Shown here one piece after another: positions 26,565 through 39,237 of a stretch of DNA of 64,000 nt. The stretch comes from Priapulus caudatus (Eukaryota), in the NCBI RefSeq assembly GCF_000485595.1, contig NW_014577076.1:1338088-1402087 (forward strand), given 5' to 3'. Within the stretch, counting starts at the first letter, position 1. Each line of letters begins with the position of its first letter. The position numbers were made by a program, and so were the translations under genes. The notes beneath the pieces were generated by a model. The model had not been told where the DNA came from and did no database searches. It saw only the letters and a program-made list of their open reading frames with translations.

Positions 26565-28666
26565 CATGTAACCTACCAGCTACCGTCACCATGGTGCTAG
26601 GCACATGTAAGCTACCAGCTACATCACCATGATGCTAGGCCATGTAACCTACCAGCTACGTCGCCATGATGCTAGCACATGTAAAGCTACCAGCTACGTC
26701 ACCATGATGCTAGGCACATGTAAGCTACCAGCTACGTCGCCATGATGCTAGGCACATGTAAGCTACCAGCTAACGTCGCCATGATGCTAGGCACATGTAA
26801 GCTACCAGCTACGTCACCATGATACTAGGCACATGTAACCTACCAGCTACGTCACCATGATACTAGGCACATGTAACCTACCAGCTACGTCGCCATGATG
26901 CTAGGCACATGTAAGCTACCAGCTACGTCCACCATGATGCTAGCACATGTAACCAGGGTTCTCCAAGCATTTTCATTTATAGCATGGCGGGGCTGCTTTT
27001 ACGGGCCTAGTTTTAGCATTTTTTAGCTAATTTTAGCATGGCGGTTATGATATTTAGAGTGCGGGTGCATTTTAGGATGGCGGGCTCGACGATAGCCTGC
27101 ATGGCGGGCCGCCAGGCTATAAGTGCTCTTGGAGAACCCTGGTAACCTACCAGCTACGTCACCATGATGCTAGGCACATGTAACCTACCAGCTACGTCAC
27201 CATGATGCTACTAGGCACATGTAAACTACCAGCTAGCGTCACCATGATAATAGGCACAATGTAACCTACCATGCAGCTACGTCACCATGATGCTAGGCAC
27301 ATGTATAACCTACCAGCTACGTCACCATAATGCTAGGCACAATGTATAACCTACCAGCTACGTCACCATGATGCTAGGCACATGTAACCTACGGCCTACG
27401 TCGCCCATGATGCTAGGCACATGTAGGCCACCAGCTACGTCACCGCATGATGCTAGGCACATGTATAACCTACCAGCTACATCACCATGATGCTAGCACA
27501 TGTATAACCTACCAGCTACGTCACCATGGTGCTAGGCACATGTATAAACTACAGCTACATCACCATGATGCTAGGCACATGTAAACTACCAGCTACGTCA
27601 CCATGAAGCTAGGCACATGTAACCTACCAGCTACATCACCATGATGCTAGGCACATGTAAGCTACCAGCTACGTCGCCATGATGCTAGGCACATGTAACC
27701 TACCAGCTACATCACCATGATACTAGGCACATGGTAACCTACCAGCTACGTCACCATGATGCTAGGCACATGTAAGCTACCAGCTACATCACCATGATGC
27801 TAGTCACATGTAAGCTACCACACATCACCATGATGTAGGCACATGTAACCTACCAGCTACGTCACCATGATGCTAGGCACATTAACCTACCAGCTACGTC
27901 ACCATTGATGCTAGGCACATGTAAGCTACCAGCCACATCACCTTGATGCTAGGCACATGTAAGCTACCAGCTACGTCACCATGATACTAGGCACATGTAA
28001 CCTACCAGCTACATGCACCATGATGCTAGCACATGTAACCTACCAGCTACATCACCATGATGCTAGGCACATGTAACCACCAGCTACGTCCACCATGATA
28101 CCTTAGCACATGTAACCTACCAGCTAATCACCATGATGCTAGGCCACATGTAAACTACCAGCTACATCACCATGATGCTAGGCCACATGTGAGCCACCAG
28201 CTACGTCACCATGATGCTAGGCCACAGTAACCTACCAGGCTACGTCACCATGATACTAGGCACATGTAACCTACCAGCTACATCACCATGATGCTAGCAC
28301 ATGTTAATCCTACCAGCTACGTCACCATGATGCTAGGCACATGTAAACCTACCAGCTACGTCACCATGATGCTACTAGGCACATGTAACCTACCAGCTAC
28401 GTCGCCATGGACACTAGGCACATGTAAGCTACCAGCTACGTCGCCATGATGCTAGGCACATGTAACCTACCTGCTACATCACCATGATGCTAGGCACATG
28501 TAAACTACCAGCTACGTCACCATGATACTAGCACATGTACCTACCATGCAGCTACGTCACCATGATGCTAGGCACATGTAAGCTACCAGTCTACGTCACC
28601 ATGATGCTAGGCCCATGTAATCTACCAGCTAACGTCACCATGAATGGCTAGGCACATGTAATCTAC
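26565..28666 (+). repeat. 38-bp minisatellite array, about 50 units
   Basis: Same unit, interrupted by the MITE at 26954-27141. Confidence 0.97.
26954..27141. mobile_element. 188-bp MITE with 14-bp perfect TIRs and a 5-bp GTAAC target duplication (hAT5-like)
   Basis: GTAAC|CAGGGTTCTCCAAG...CTTGGAGAACCCTG|GTAAC. The empty site is shown by the neighbouring satellite units. Confidence 0.9.
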
Positions 28667-30854
28667 CGGCAGGTTTATAGCCAGGACAATTTAAGTGCCG
28701 GCTAATATCAGTGATTCCGTCATATGCATAAATTATTGTAGTAGCAACATGGTGCTATACGCATGTACTGTGTGCGGTTACGATGTGATCAGATAATGAT
28801 TTTACGCATAATTATTGTTGAAGATTAAACTCAGAGTTATTTTTAAAATTAATTCTAAGTGTATCAGTTGTGATTATTTGTAGATTGCTGCACAATTTTT
28901 GAAGGAAATTTTACACAAACTCAATCATTTTTGTTACGGTCGGAAGGATGTTTATTTAAAGCTGCATGTCGGTCGCCCAACCCAGAGCTGGCTATATATT
29001 GCGATCGCGCATAGCTAGAACGGTGCCTTACCAGCTACGTCACCACCAGGTCTGTGGCAGAGCGGATTAAGGGCTATAGTTCGAGAGCTACTTTGCTTCT
29101 ATTACATGCAGCCTATCTGGGAGGCCTTGAAACTCGCTTAGATTTCTTCTATTTACTACTGTATGGCCAAACTGTAGTCACTATGGTTAGACCTACTGTG
29201 TAAGTGGTCGTTAATCCAGAGACATGATACAAGATTGCGTGGCCACAGCTTTGCTGTTGATCCTGAGCGAGGATGAGACGCGCAGTTCCGCGGGAAAAAA
29301 AAATTCGAGCCCGGCCGCGCACGTCTCCACAGCGGTCAGCGGGATGGTCTGTAGTTTTTAGAAGATAACAATGAAGACTTTGTTCTAAATAAGAACTATC
29401 GGCGGCTAAATAAGAGCCAATATACAGACATTTGAATTTCTTGACTAGTCAGTCAACGGGCTTGTGGGGGTCCATTATGGCAGAGCCTTCCAATTGAAAT
29501 GGCCCATGAAATTGTCAATTGGAATTGTGTTTTTCGCGAACCCAAAGAAAATGTCTCCCTCTTACACTGCACCCCCTCCCTGATCAGTCACGCATTCAGG
29601 CGTAAACAATAACAGAGAGTGAAATGTGTTGAGTTTGTGGCTCTTGACGCACGTGCAGTGACGTACAAGACTGTTGAAAGCACAGGCACTTGAACGTCTC
29701 AATAAAATAAATATTCACACAATTTTTCACACATGATCGACCGCCTGTGTGCTAAATAGGTGAACGTATGTGAAACATATACGGTTAGTACTACTTACTG
29801 TGACATATCCGCTGACTAACTGACACCACTAAATTTGTGAAATGTTCCATGCACCTTAAGAAATGCTGAGAAATTACGAGGTTATCATCGCGAACTTCCG
29901 AACACCGTAGCGTCACAAAGCTATATGTAAACAAACACGCGTGGTGTGAGGTGCCTGCCTCCGATATCCATTTCGAGGCCCGCTAAGCCAAGCATAAAGC
30001 ACACGGACAAGACGTCACACACAACAGCTACGTTCATTGGCTAAAACAATCGAGATAGCGCGGTTAGGGATTTTCGGAATTATTTAATGTAAGAAAAACC
30101 TCAATGTTCAATGAATGACGCACTCGTTCACTTCTGACAGGCGATGTGAAAAATGCCGGAATTTTCCACTTTGATGCGACAATGCATTGGCCGGGCATTT
30201 CATTAATTACGAAAAGTAAACAGGCTGGCGAAGGACAGTTAACAGGTACAGTTAACTGGTCAGCATCGTGATGCCCCATTTATGTTCATCAACGAATAAG
30301 GCAGGGCTTATTCTGATTACGGAGATGCGAAATGCAACAGAAGGACGTAGCGCAGGCGCAAAACAGCCTGTTATTTTCGATTGTGCTGGCAAACTCTATC
30401 GTAGAAACCGTTCTAACATAGCAGAATTATGCCTAGTTCCTGAGATCGGGTATTTGGTGGTCCAATGGGTCCCATCTTTAAAAATATAATACAGAACTGG
30501 TGCGGCGTAGGCTGTGATTGGAAAGACACAAAGTGTCAATCCTCGGGCGCGCCTCGGCATTCATAGCCGCATCACGTCAAGTTACGAGCTCAGCCACATG
30601 GATTTATTTAATCAATCTAGTGGCAATGATCTGGATATATTCTGCAGATATACCGAAACAAGAGATTCGCGCTGTTTGTTATAGCCTAGGCTTAAGCCCG
30701 ACACACGTATAGTAGTAGTACTCCTTCAAAACTAACTATGGTTAGCATTAGAAGTGAGTAAATGCAGCTGTTGCATATCAGCTACGTACACAGTGATCAT
30801 GACCGGTTGTCCGCCAGTCATTTGCGAGCCAGACCAGCATGGAGCAGCGGCTCC

Positions 30855-31433
30855 ACATGTATAACCTACCAGCTACGTCACCATGATGCTAGGCACATGT
30901 AACCTACCAGCTACGTCACCATGATGCTAGGCACATGTATAACCTACCAGCTACGTCACCATGATGCTAGGCACATGTAACCTACCAGCTACGTCACCAT
31001 GATGCTAGGCACATGTAACCTACCAGCTACGTCACCATGATGCTAGGCACATGTAACCTACCAGCTACATCACCATGATGCTAGGCACATGTAATTGTCC
31101 TGGCTATAAACCTGCCGGTAGATTACATGTGCCTAGCATCATGGTGACGTAGCTGGTAGATTACATGTGCCTAGCATCATGGTGACGTAGCTGGTAGCTT
31201 AATTTATATGTGCCTAGCATCATGGCGACGTAGCTGGTAGGTTACATGTGCCTAGCATCATGGTGATGTAGCTGGTAGGTTACATATGCCTAGTATCATG
31301 GCGACGTAGCTGGTAGGTTACATGTGCCTAGCATCATGGTGATGTAGCTGGTAGCTTACATGTGCCTAGCATCATGGTGATGTAGCTGGTAGGTTACATG
31401 TGCCTAGCATCATGGCGACGTAGCTGGTAGCTT
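30855..31433. repeat. 38-bp minisatellite: forward block (30855-31092) then inverted block (31093-31433)
   Basis: The second block reads as the reverse complement (tgcctagcatcatggtgacgtagctggtag). Confidence 0.95.
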
Positions 31434-31954
31434 TAAGTGCCGGCTAATATCAGTGATTCCGTCATATGCATAAATTATTGTAGTAGCAACATGGTGCTTA
31501 GCCAGCTATACGGCATGTACTGTGTGCGGTACGATGTGATCAGATAATGATTTTATGCATAATTATTGTTGAGATTAAACTCAGAGTTATTTTTAAAATT
31601 AATTCTAAGTGTATCAGTTGTGATTATTTGTAGATTGCTCACAATTTTGAAGGAAATTTTACACAAACTCAATCATTTTTGTTACGGTCGGAAGGATGTT
31701 ATTTAAAGCTGCATGTCGGTCGCCCAACACCAGAGCTGGCTATTGCCGATCGGCATAGCTAGAACGGTGCCTACCAGCTACGTCACCACCAGGTCTGTGG
31801 CAGAGCGAAGGGCTATAGTTCGAGAGCTACTTTGCTTCTATTACATGCAGCCTATCTGGGAGGCTTGAAACTCGCTTAGATTTCTTCTATTTACTACTGT
31901 ATGGCCAAACTGTAGTCACTATGGTTAGACCTACTGTGTAAGTGGTCGTTAATC

Positions 31955-33133
31955 CAGAGACATGATACAAGATTGCGTGGCACAGCTTTGCTGTTGATCC
32001 TGAGCGAGGATGAGACGCGCAGTTCCGCGGGAAAAAAATTCGAGGCCCGGCGCACGTCTCCACAGCGGTCAGCGGATGGTCTGTAGTTTTAGAAGATAAC
32101 AATGAAGACTTTGTTCTAAATAAGAACTATCGGCGGCTAAATAAGAACTATCGGCGGCTAAATAAGAGCAATATACAGACATTTGAATTTCTTGACTAGT
32201 CATGCAGTCAACGGGCTTGTTGGGGGTCCATTATGCAGAGCTTCCAATTGAAATGGCCCATGAAATTGTCAAGTGGAATTGTGTTTTTCGGAACCCCAAA
32301 GAAAATGTCTCCCTCTTACATGCACCCCCTCCCTGATCAGTCACGCATTCAGGCGTAAACAATAACAGAGATGAAATCGTGTTGAGTTTGTGGCTCTTGA
32401 CGCACGTGCAGTGACGTACAAGACTGTTGAAAGCACAGGCACTTGGAACGTCTCAATCAAAATAAATATTCACACAATTTTTCACAATGATCGACCGCCT
32501 GTGTGCTAAATAGGTGAACGTATGTGAAACATATACGGTTAGTACTACTTACTGTGACATATCCGTGACTAACTGACACCACTAAATTGGTGAAATGTTC
32601 CATGCACATTAAGAAATGCTGAGAAATTACGAGGTTATCATCGCAGAACTCCCGAACACCGTACGTCACAAAGCTATATGTAAACAAACACGCGTGTTGT
32701 GAGGTGCCTGCCTCCGATATCCATTTCGAGGCCCGTTAAGCCAAGCATAAAGCACACGGACAAGACGTCACACACACAGCTACGTTCATTGGCTAAAACA
32801 ATCGAGTAGCGCGGTTAGGGATTTTCGGAATTATTTAATTTGAAGAAAAACCTCAATGTTCAATGAATGACGCACTCGTTCACTTCTGACAGCGAGTGAA
32901 AATGCCGGAAATTTTCCACTTTGATGCGAAATGCATTGGCCGGGCATTTCATTAATTACGAAAAGTAAACAGGCTGGCGAAAGACAGTAGGTACAGTAAC
33001 TGGTCACGTCGGTGACGCCCCATTTATGTTCATCAACGAATAAGGCGGGGCTTATTCTGATTACGGAGATGCGAAAATGCAACAGAAGGACGTAGCGCAG
33101 TGCGCTAAACAGCATGTTATTTTCGTATTTGTG
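31955..33133 (+). mobile_element. ~1.2-kb unclassified non-coding interspersed repeat with imperfect TIRs
   Basis: Copies at 29217-30385, 42958-44159 and inverted at 16419-17757. Left end CAGAGACATGA versus right-end reverse complement CACAAATACGA. Confidence 0.7.
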
Positions 33134-35064
33134 GCAAACTCTATCGTAGGAAACCGTTCTAACATAGCAGAATTCTCCTAGTTCCTGAGATCGGTGATTT
33201 GGTGGTCCAATGGGTCCCCATCTTTAAAAATATAAAAGACTGGTGTCGCGTAGGCTGTGATTGGAAGACACAAAGTGTCAATCCTCGGCGCGCCTCAGCA
33301 TCATGGCCGCATCACGTCAAGTTACGAGCTCAGCCACATGGATTTATTTAATCAATCTAGTGGCAATGATCTGGATATATTCTGAGTATACCGAAACAAG
33401 AGATCGCGGTGTTTGTTATAGCTAGGCTTAAGCCCGACACACGTATAGTAGTAGTACTCCTTCAAACTAACTATGGTTTAGCATTAGCAAGTGGAGTAAA
33501 TGCAGCTGTTGCATCAGCTACGTATCACAGTGATCATGACCGGTTGTCCGCCCAGTCATTTGCGAGCAGCAGATGGAGCAGCGCTCCATGCGGCATTATC
33601 CAACACTACAACAGGCCAGCGAGCCACGTGCTTTGTGCCCGCGCGTTTGCTAATGGCAGGGCGGGAAACCTAATGAATTATGCCTCGATAATGAAAACTT
33701 GATAAATTAATTACGAAGTAGAAGCATTAGCGGAGAGGTCCCTGTAGGAATTAGTGATTCAGATTCTGTTTGGCACCAGCCTGCTGGCCTGCATTGTCTG
33801 CCGCCGGCTCGGGCCAGCCGGGTCGACAATAACGTGCGTGCAAAAAAAACTCTGCAGATCCCTTGTATAAATGCGTAGCTGTAAGCGGAATGCAGGTTTT
33901 TGTGTAGTGGCGCTTGCTCTAGTGAATCCAGTGTGGTCAAGTCGTCGCTGTGCCGGCACCTGAGGGTCGCCTGATGTTGGGCGCTTGGTAGCAACAGTGA
34001 GCGCAGAATGGATTTCAGTATCTGGAATAGGCTGGTGCTGGTGAAGATAAAGAAGGTGAGGCGACTCATAGGCGCTGGTTGTCTCGCTGTCACGCGCATG
34101 TTCGCACGCACACATGCACGCACACATGGGATTCACACTAGAAATCTAGATGTCTGTATATTCACACAGCACAGTGCACTTTCGCGGTAAAACTATAATA
34201 TTGATGTTTTAAAAATATGATTGAAAAGTGGTTCATCATATATAAATACTGTAATGAATATTGATTCTCTTATCGCTTCTCGTCGCTTTGGATTTTACAT
34301 TCATCGACAAAGTTTGAATAGCTGTTGCGTTCATATAGCGACAGGCCCACTGTTCTAAAATTCCAAAACGCGAAATGCGTTTTATCAGGAAATAAATAAT
34401 ACCTAGGTCTTTATTTGCGATGTTATGTAGACTGGTTCCATGTGTCGTTGGCTAAGACCACTGGCTGATGTATAGCATAATTTTAATGAACGTACATGTA
34501 TAAAGCTAAACCTAAAATGGGAAAAAAAACATTTTGTAAAAGATATGAAAACCCTATGAAAAGTTTCAGCCATCGCTAGGTTGACTCCGTAGGTTCTTGA
34601 TAATCAAACTTATGGGCTCAGCCATAGAGACTTTGTAATTAATCTAACAGCTCATCATCTTTGTAATAACAAATTTCCCATTTTAGAAAATGGATTTCCC
34701 CAAAGCTAAACGGTGCATGAAAAATTACCAATTATGATTTGAAATTGCCTCGGTTTCGTGATTGCATATGTACACCAGACGTTAGTTTTAGCGACGATAA
34801 TAAAATCTGTTTAGTTATGAGATAGCTCGAGCCCTTGTCCTGAGTTTTGACTGCAGTCCTGTAGCAGAGAAAATAAGCTGCATATCTAGCAAATAAACTC
34901 ATAATTTCGTATTTGGATTTTGAGATAACTATAAACACTAGATATAGCTTTGCCGTGTGAGGAAATAAATGCGCGTAAACTAACTTTCTCTCACTTGGAA
35001 CTTGTCGAAAAATGGAAGGGTGTCCAGTGGCATTATATCAGTCACCGGCACGGGTGGGGAGTAT

Positions 35065-35185
35065 TTTGTTCGGATAACTGATCTGATTGTAAATATTAAA
35101 AGGGTATTATTCACGGGACCTTGAGATCTTGTTCGGATAATCCGAAATTGGGATAATTGGTGTTCGGATAACCGAGGTTTGACTG
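35065..35185. mobile_element. Right end of a Tc1/mariner (pogo/Tigger-like) MITE; duplicate at 46085-46205
   Basis: Ends gttcggataaccgaggtttgactg|TA with repeated gttcggataa motifs. Left TIR not found. Confidence 0.6.
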
Positions 35186-37436
35186 TATGTAAGAAACACC
35201 GTGGGTCCTAAGAAAAATGTCTGCCGTGGCGTGGCCTCGCTCAAAATGGTGTCTCTTTCCATGCTGGAATGGAATTAATGGAAATGGAATGTCACGAGCA
35301 GTGAGTTGCTGCGATGTTTCTTACATAAAGCAAAACCAAAAAGAGGCGGGGGCCTGTAATGAATGCATTTCTACCTCTGCATGAACCTACCTACTCTCCG
35401 TCCCCCTGTTTAGGCGGTGTACTGATTTTTAAAGTGTTATTAATGCAATATATTATTCATCGGCGCCTTTAGAGTGCAAACAGTCTGCCATGAATCTGAC
35501 GCCATGTCAACCGGGAAGCAGCGTGCCGTGAACACGCTAAGCATATGGAAGCCGTGGTGAGGGGGGGGGTCAAAAGGGACACGTCTGTGTTGGTAAGATG
35601 TGGCAAGGAGTCCAAGTCAGTTGGTGTGTGTCTGCGTTTGTTTGGGGTGAGGGCCAGCAGTGGGGGTGGCATGCAGATGACGTGAGTTAACTTGATAGAG
35701 TGACACTGACGGAGCGTAGGTATAGGTATGGAAAGGGCAATGACGGAGGGTGTGTGGGGGCTGAGAATATCCACCCGATCAAGGAAGAAGGGATTGGATT
35801 ATGTTGACTGGGAATAATTACATTTGCATAGACGGCTTGTAATTTGGAAACCGATTGATTGGAAGCAATTTAGCAGTTGCAATAATGGCGGTTCCTTATA
35901 TACAATAATAAGTAAATGTATATGAGTGCGGTGTGCTACATCTTGTGTAGCCAGACATTGACTGACAATTTTCTAAGGTGGCTTTTTACCAAGGGATTTT
36001 CTAGAGTGGGTAGTAGAGGCTGCTTGTAATGGGTTCGTCTTTCATATAGTTTTAGATGACTAGTGTTTGTCTGACTGTTATTGTGTTCTCGGCGGATGGG
36101 TGATAGTATAGTAATATCATGGGCCAAGTGAGATGGGAGAGCGGCGAATATATGTAAACGACTTACCGCTGTGTCGGACTACTATATATGGTCACAACAC
36201 ATTTCACCGTCTTTTTCTGCACCAGGGGGCAACACTGTTGCTGTGTCGCAGGCAGATACGGGTTTTCCACGAATTCAATTCGAATGTCTGCAGTCTAGAA
36301 ATTCTGATGCGTGTATCGGGACCCTCGGGACATCGACGACTCTGTGTTAAACTTGCTCGTTTAATTGTCAGAGAGATTTATGTTATGTCCCGTTATGCTT
36401 GGTTCTCACGCAGCGGACGTGTTTCTTAAACGCTGCGAAATGCTACTAACAATTATTACGTTGTTAGCCTCGAGGGAGACGTCGCTATTCATACGTACTA
36501 CATTCATTCGTCGTTTTAGCAGCAGCGCATGCACGCACCAGCACTGTTCACTGATCAAGATGAGTATACAGTTTCATTTGCCAGCAACAACTCACCCTGC
36601 CAGGCAGATCTCTCTTTGTGGGAGAACATGCGGGCGAAACGCTGCCTGTGGTGTGCAGGGTACATCTGGCATGGACAGAAAATATTCCAGCCGATATCTG
36701 ATATTTGTGACCAAGAGTGGATTGCTGTCCCACGGGACAGCTTTGGGAATCGCGGCTGAGTGATGTTAAATAGACAAAGAGATGCTCGCACGTGGGTGCA
36801 CAAAGACTCACGACAACAGCAAAAAAAGCTATTCAATGAGGAAAAAAAGAGGATTAGACGTCAGAAGTTGTGTGGCAGCAGAATCATATGCGTGCGCTTT
36901 GTTCTAACTAGGGATTCCTGTTGTGTATTGCTTAAAGATCAGATTAGATGGGCAAGTGCGGTTTCTCCTAATGCATGGGGCTAGGTAATAGCTGTGTCTG
37001 TCCTGAATATGTAAATACTGATATATAGTATATAGGTATATAGAAGTCGTGCATCGAGATTGCTAACAATGGTTCTGATGTCACTGAATATCACAATGAA
37101 GTGAATGGCACTGTGGTGACTCATGTATCTCCCTGCAAGCACCCTTGCGAGCTGCATGCACATGTAACCTACCAGCTACGTCACCATGATGCTAGGCACA
37201 TGTATGTATGTAGAGAAAGAGACCACGAAAGGAAGGGATGGGATTGAAGTGAGATAGGAGGAAAGTGATAGCGTTTGAATAGACAAATACAGTTTACAAC
37301 AGGATGAGCGATGACCTAACAATGAACATGACTATATACATAGAAACATTCTATATATTGAACAGTAAACAAAGATGCTAAATAAATTGACAGTGCGCTA
37401 AAATCTGCCTAAAAATTTATTTTGCAAAAAGCTGGA

Positions 37437-38278
37437 TTTTTAGCTCGCCTTGACATCGTCAAGATGAGCTATTGCCATGGAGTGTCGTCCGTCGTACGTC
37501 CGTCCGTCCGTCCATCCGTCCGTCCGCCCGTACGTCCGTCAACATTTGGCTACAGTCAACGATAACTCAAGAACCGTTTGACCCACATGTTTCAAATTGC
37601 ATATAGTTGTTACTCCTATGGGAGAAGTTTGAACGTCCTATTTTGGAGCACGCCAGTTGACCTACATTCGAGCCACGTCCACTTTTTAGTCAGGGGGCAG
37701 ATATCCAAAATAAGGATGACCCTAAACTTTTTGGGTAGAGGCTGGAAACGTGTAAATATCACTTCTATGATACTTTGGGAGTTCCACTGGGTATGTTTCC
37801 AGGCTGACTTTTGCGTATTGTGGCGGCCATCTTGAAATCCAAAATGACCGTTAGCGAAAATGTATTTTCTGAAATATCTGGACTCCCAGACGTCGTAGAG
37901 ACATAATGTTGGTGGCTATACCCACATTTTCGATAGTGGAGAACCAAATTATCACACTTAGAGAAACATAGGATGGCGGCCATATTGGATTTCAAGATCG
38001 CCACCAGTGAAATTTGTTTATTTTGAATAACTAGACTCCAAGACGTCGTAGAGACATAATTTTGGTGTCGATACCCACATTTCGGATAGTGGAGAACCTA
38101 GTTATGACACTTAGAAAAGCATAAGATGGAGGCCATCTTGGATTTCAAGATTGCCGTTAATGAAATTGGTTTATTTTGTTTAAATAACTAAAATCCTAAA
38201 TATCGTAGAGGCATAATTTTGGTGTCTTCACCCAAATTTTCATGACGCCATAGGTCTCATCCTGAGTGTGGACCTTGT
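37437..38278 (+). mobile_element. Non-autonomous Helentron/HINE (DINE-1-like) element with internal ~153-bp tandem repeats
   Basis: T-run start; 5' inverted repeat tagctcgccttgac/gtcaagatgagcta (37441-37471); (GTCC)n at 37486-37540; ggcggccat-type repeats at 37822, 37975 and 38128; 3' aggtc...gacct stem. Confidence 0.72.
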
Positions 38279-38312
38279 AGCGACAGAACTTTAGCGGAAC
38301 ATTTACGGTAAT

Positions 38313-38470
38313 CCCAGATAACATGCTGACGTTGGGCCAACGTTGGGCCAACGGCTGTCTTCAGCTCTTGCTAACGTTGGGCCAACGTCGATCGAACGTC
38401 TTTTTGCTCAGCGTGCCAACGTTGGGCGCAACGTTGGCAGCCAACATTGGCCCAACGGTGGGCCGACGTT
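38313..38470. mobile_element. Truncated left part of the same EnSpm-like MITE
   Basis: Matches about 20031-20200, then jumps abruptly into the 46707-type sequence. Confidence 0.65.
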
Positions 38471-39126
38471 AAGGTGTCCCTCCTGAGACTTTGTCTAGGG
38501 ATTATTACGGGCTGGGCTAATGAATCGTGTAAGGTGAGGGCACGAGCTCCTGGCACGCAGCTGTTCGCTTGTTTTCTGCAATGAGCTGGCAGTTGATGAC
38601 ACTGATAACACGTGAGTGGTTGTGGCGCTAAGATGCGCCCATCGATTAACACATGTGGGTGTGTTTGTAATTTTGTATATCTCTGCTCCACCGTATGTGT
38701 ATGTGCGTGCGCTCGTACGCGTGTGCATGCGTGTGTGTACATTTGAGAGAGAGGGGGTAGGGGAGGACAAGAACGAGAGGGGTAGGAGAACGGGAGCAAG
38801 GGAGAGACAGAGAGAGAGAGAGAGAGCTTGCATATTGTACAATAAACAGTTCATTGCAACTGCAAGTAAATGTGAGGTACCTACATTTAGTGTGGATTTA
38901 AGAATAATGAAATGAAAGCAAAAATAAGCATTGTGCTGTTGTGCGCATCGTTTCACTTATCCAATTATATTATATTACATATTATACTGTCATTCGATAG
39001 TGCACTTCAATTTCTCGTTAATTATATAGTGCTTACTTAGCAGTATTGCGTGTGCAGGGTTGAGCCCCGCGTGACACACTGTAGTGCCATGCATGTGAGA
39101 GATAATCGGTGTTTGTTTCTATGTAG

Positions 39127-39237
39127 AAGATGCCGCCGCCTCCCACGGAGGCAGGGAAGCCAGCACCGGTGCAGCGAGTCCAGCTGGTGACATCATCAGG
39201 CACACAGACTAGCCCCTCCCCTAAGCCAAGACGGAAG
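39127..39237 (+). CDS. Internal exon, duplicate copy 1 (KMPPPPTEAG...SSGTQTSPSPKPRRK)
   Basis: Acceptor tttgtttctatgtag|, donor AAG|gtgagc, 111 nt, phase 0-0. Same as 47348-47458. Confidence 0.72.

Noticed and set aside
28661..29025. Possible Helitron or MITE at the array end (palindrome gctattgccgatcggcatagc near CTAG, cleaner at 31739-31762)
   Set aside because: Termini and target site do not fit Helitron (A|TC...CTRR|T) or TIR rules convincingly.
23866..31433. 38-bp repeats as a CRISPR array
   Set aside because: Units are head-to-tail with no unique spacers, there are no cas genes and the context is a eukaryotic intron.
33707..34136. 138-aa and 125-aa minus-strand ORFs present twice (also 44727-45156)
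   Set aside because: Identity reflects the duplication; there is no recognisable domain or splice context.
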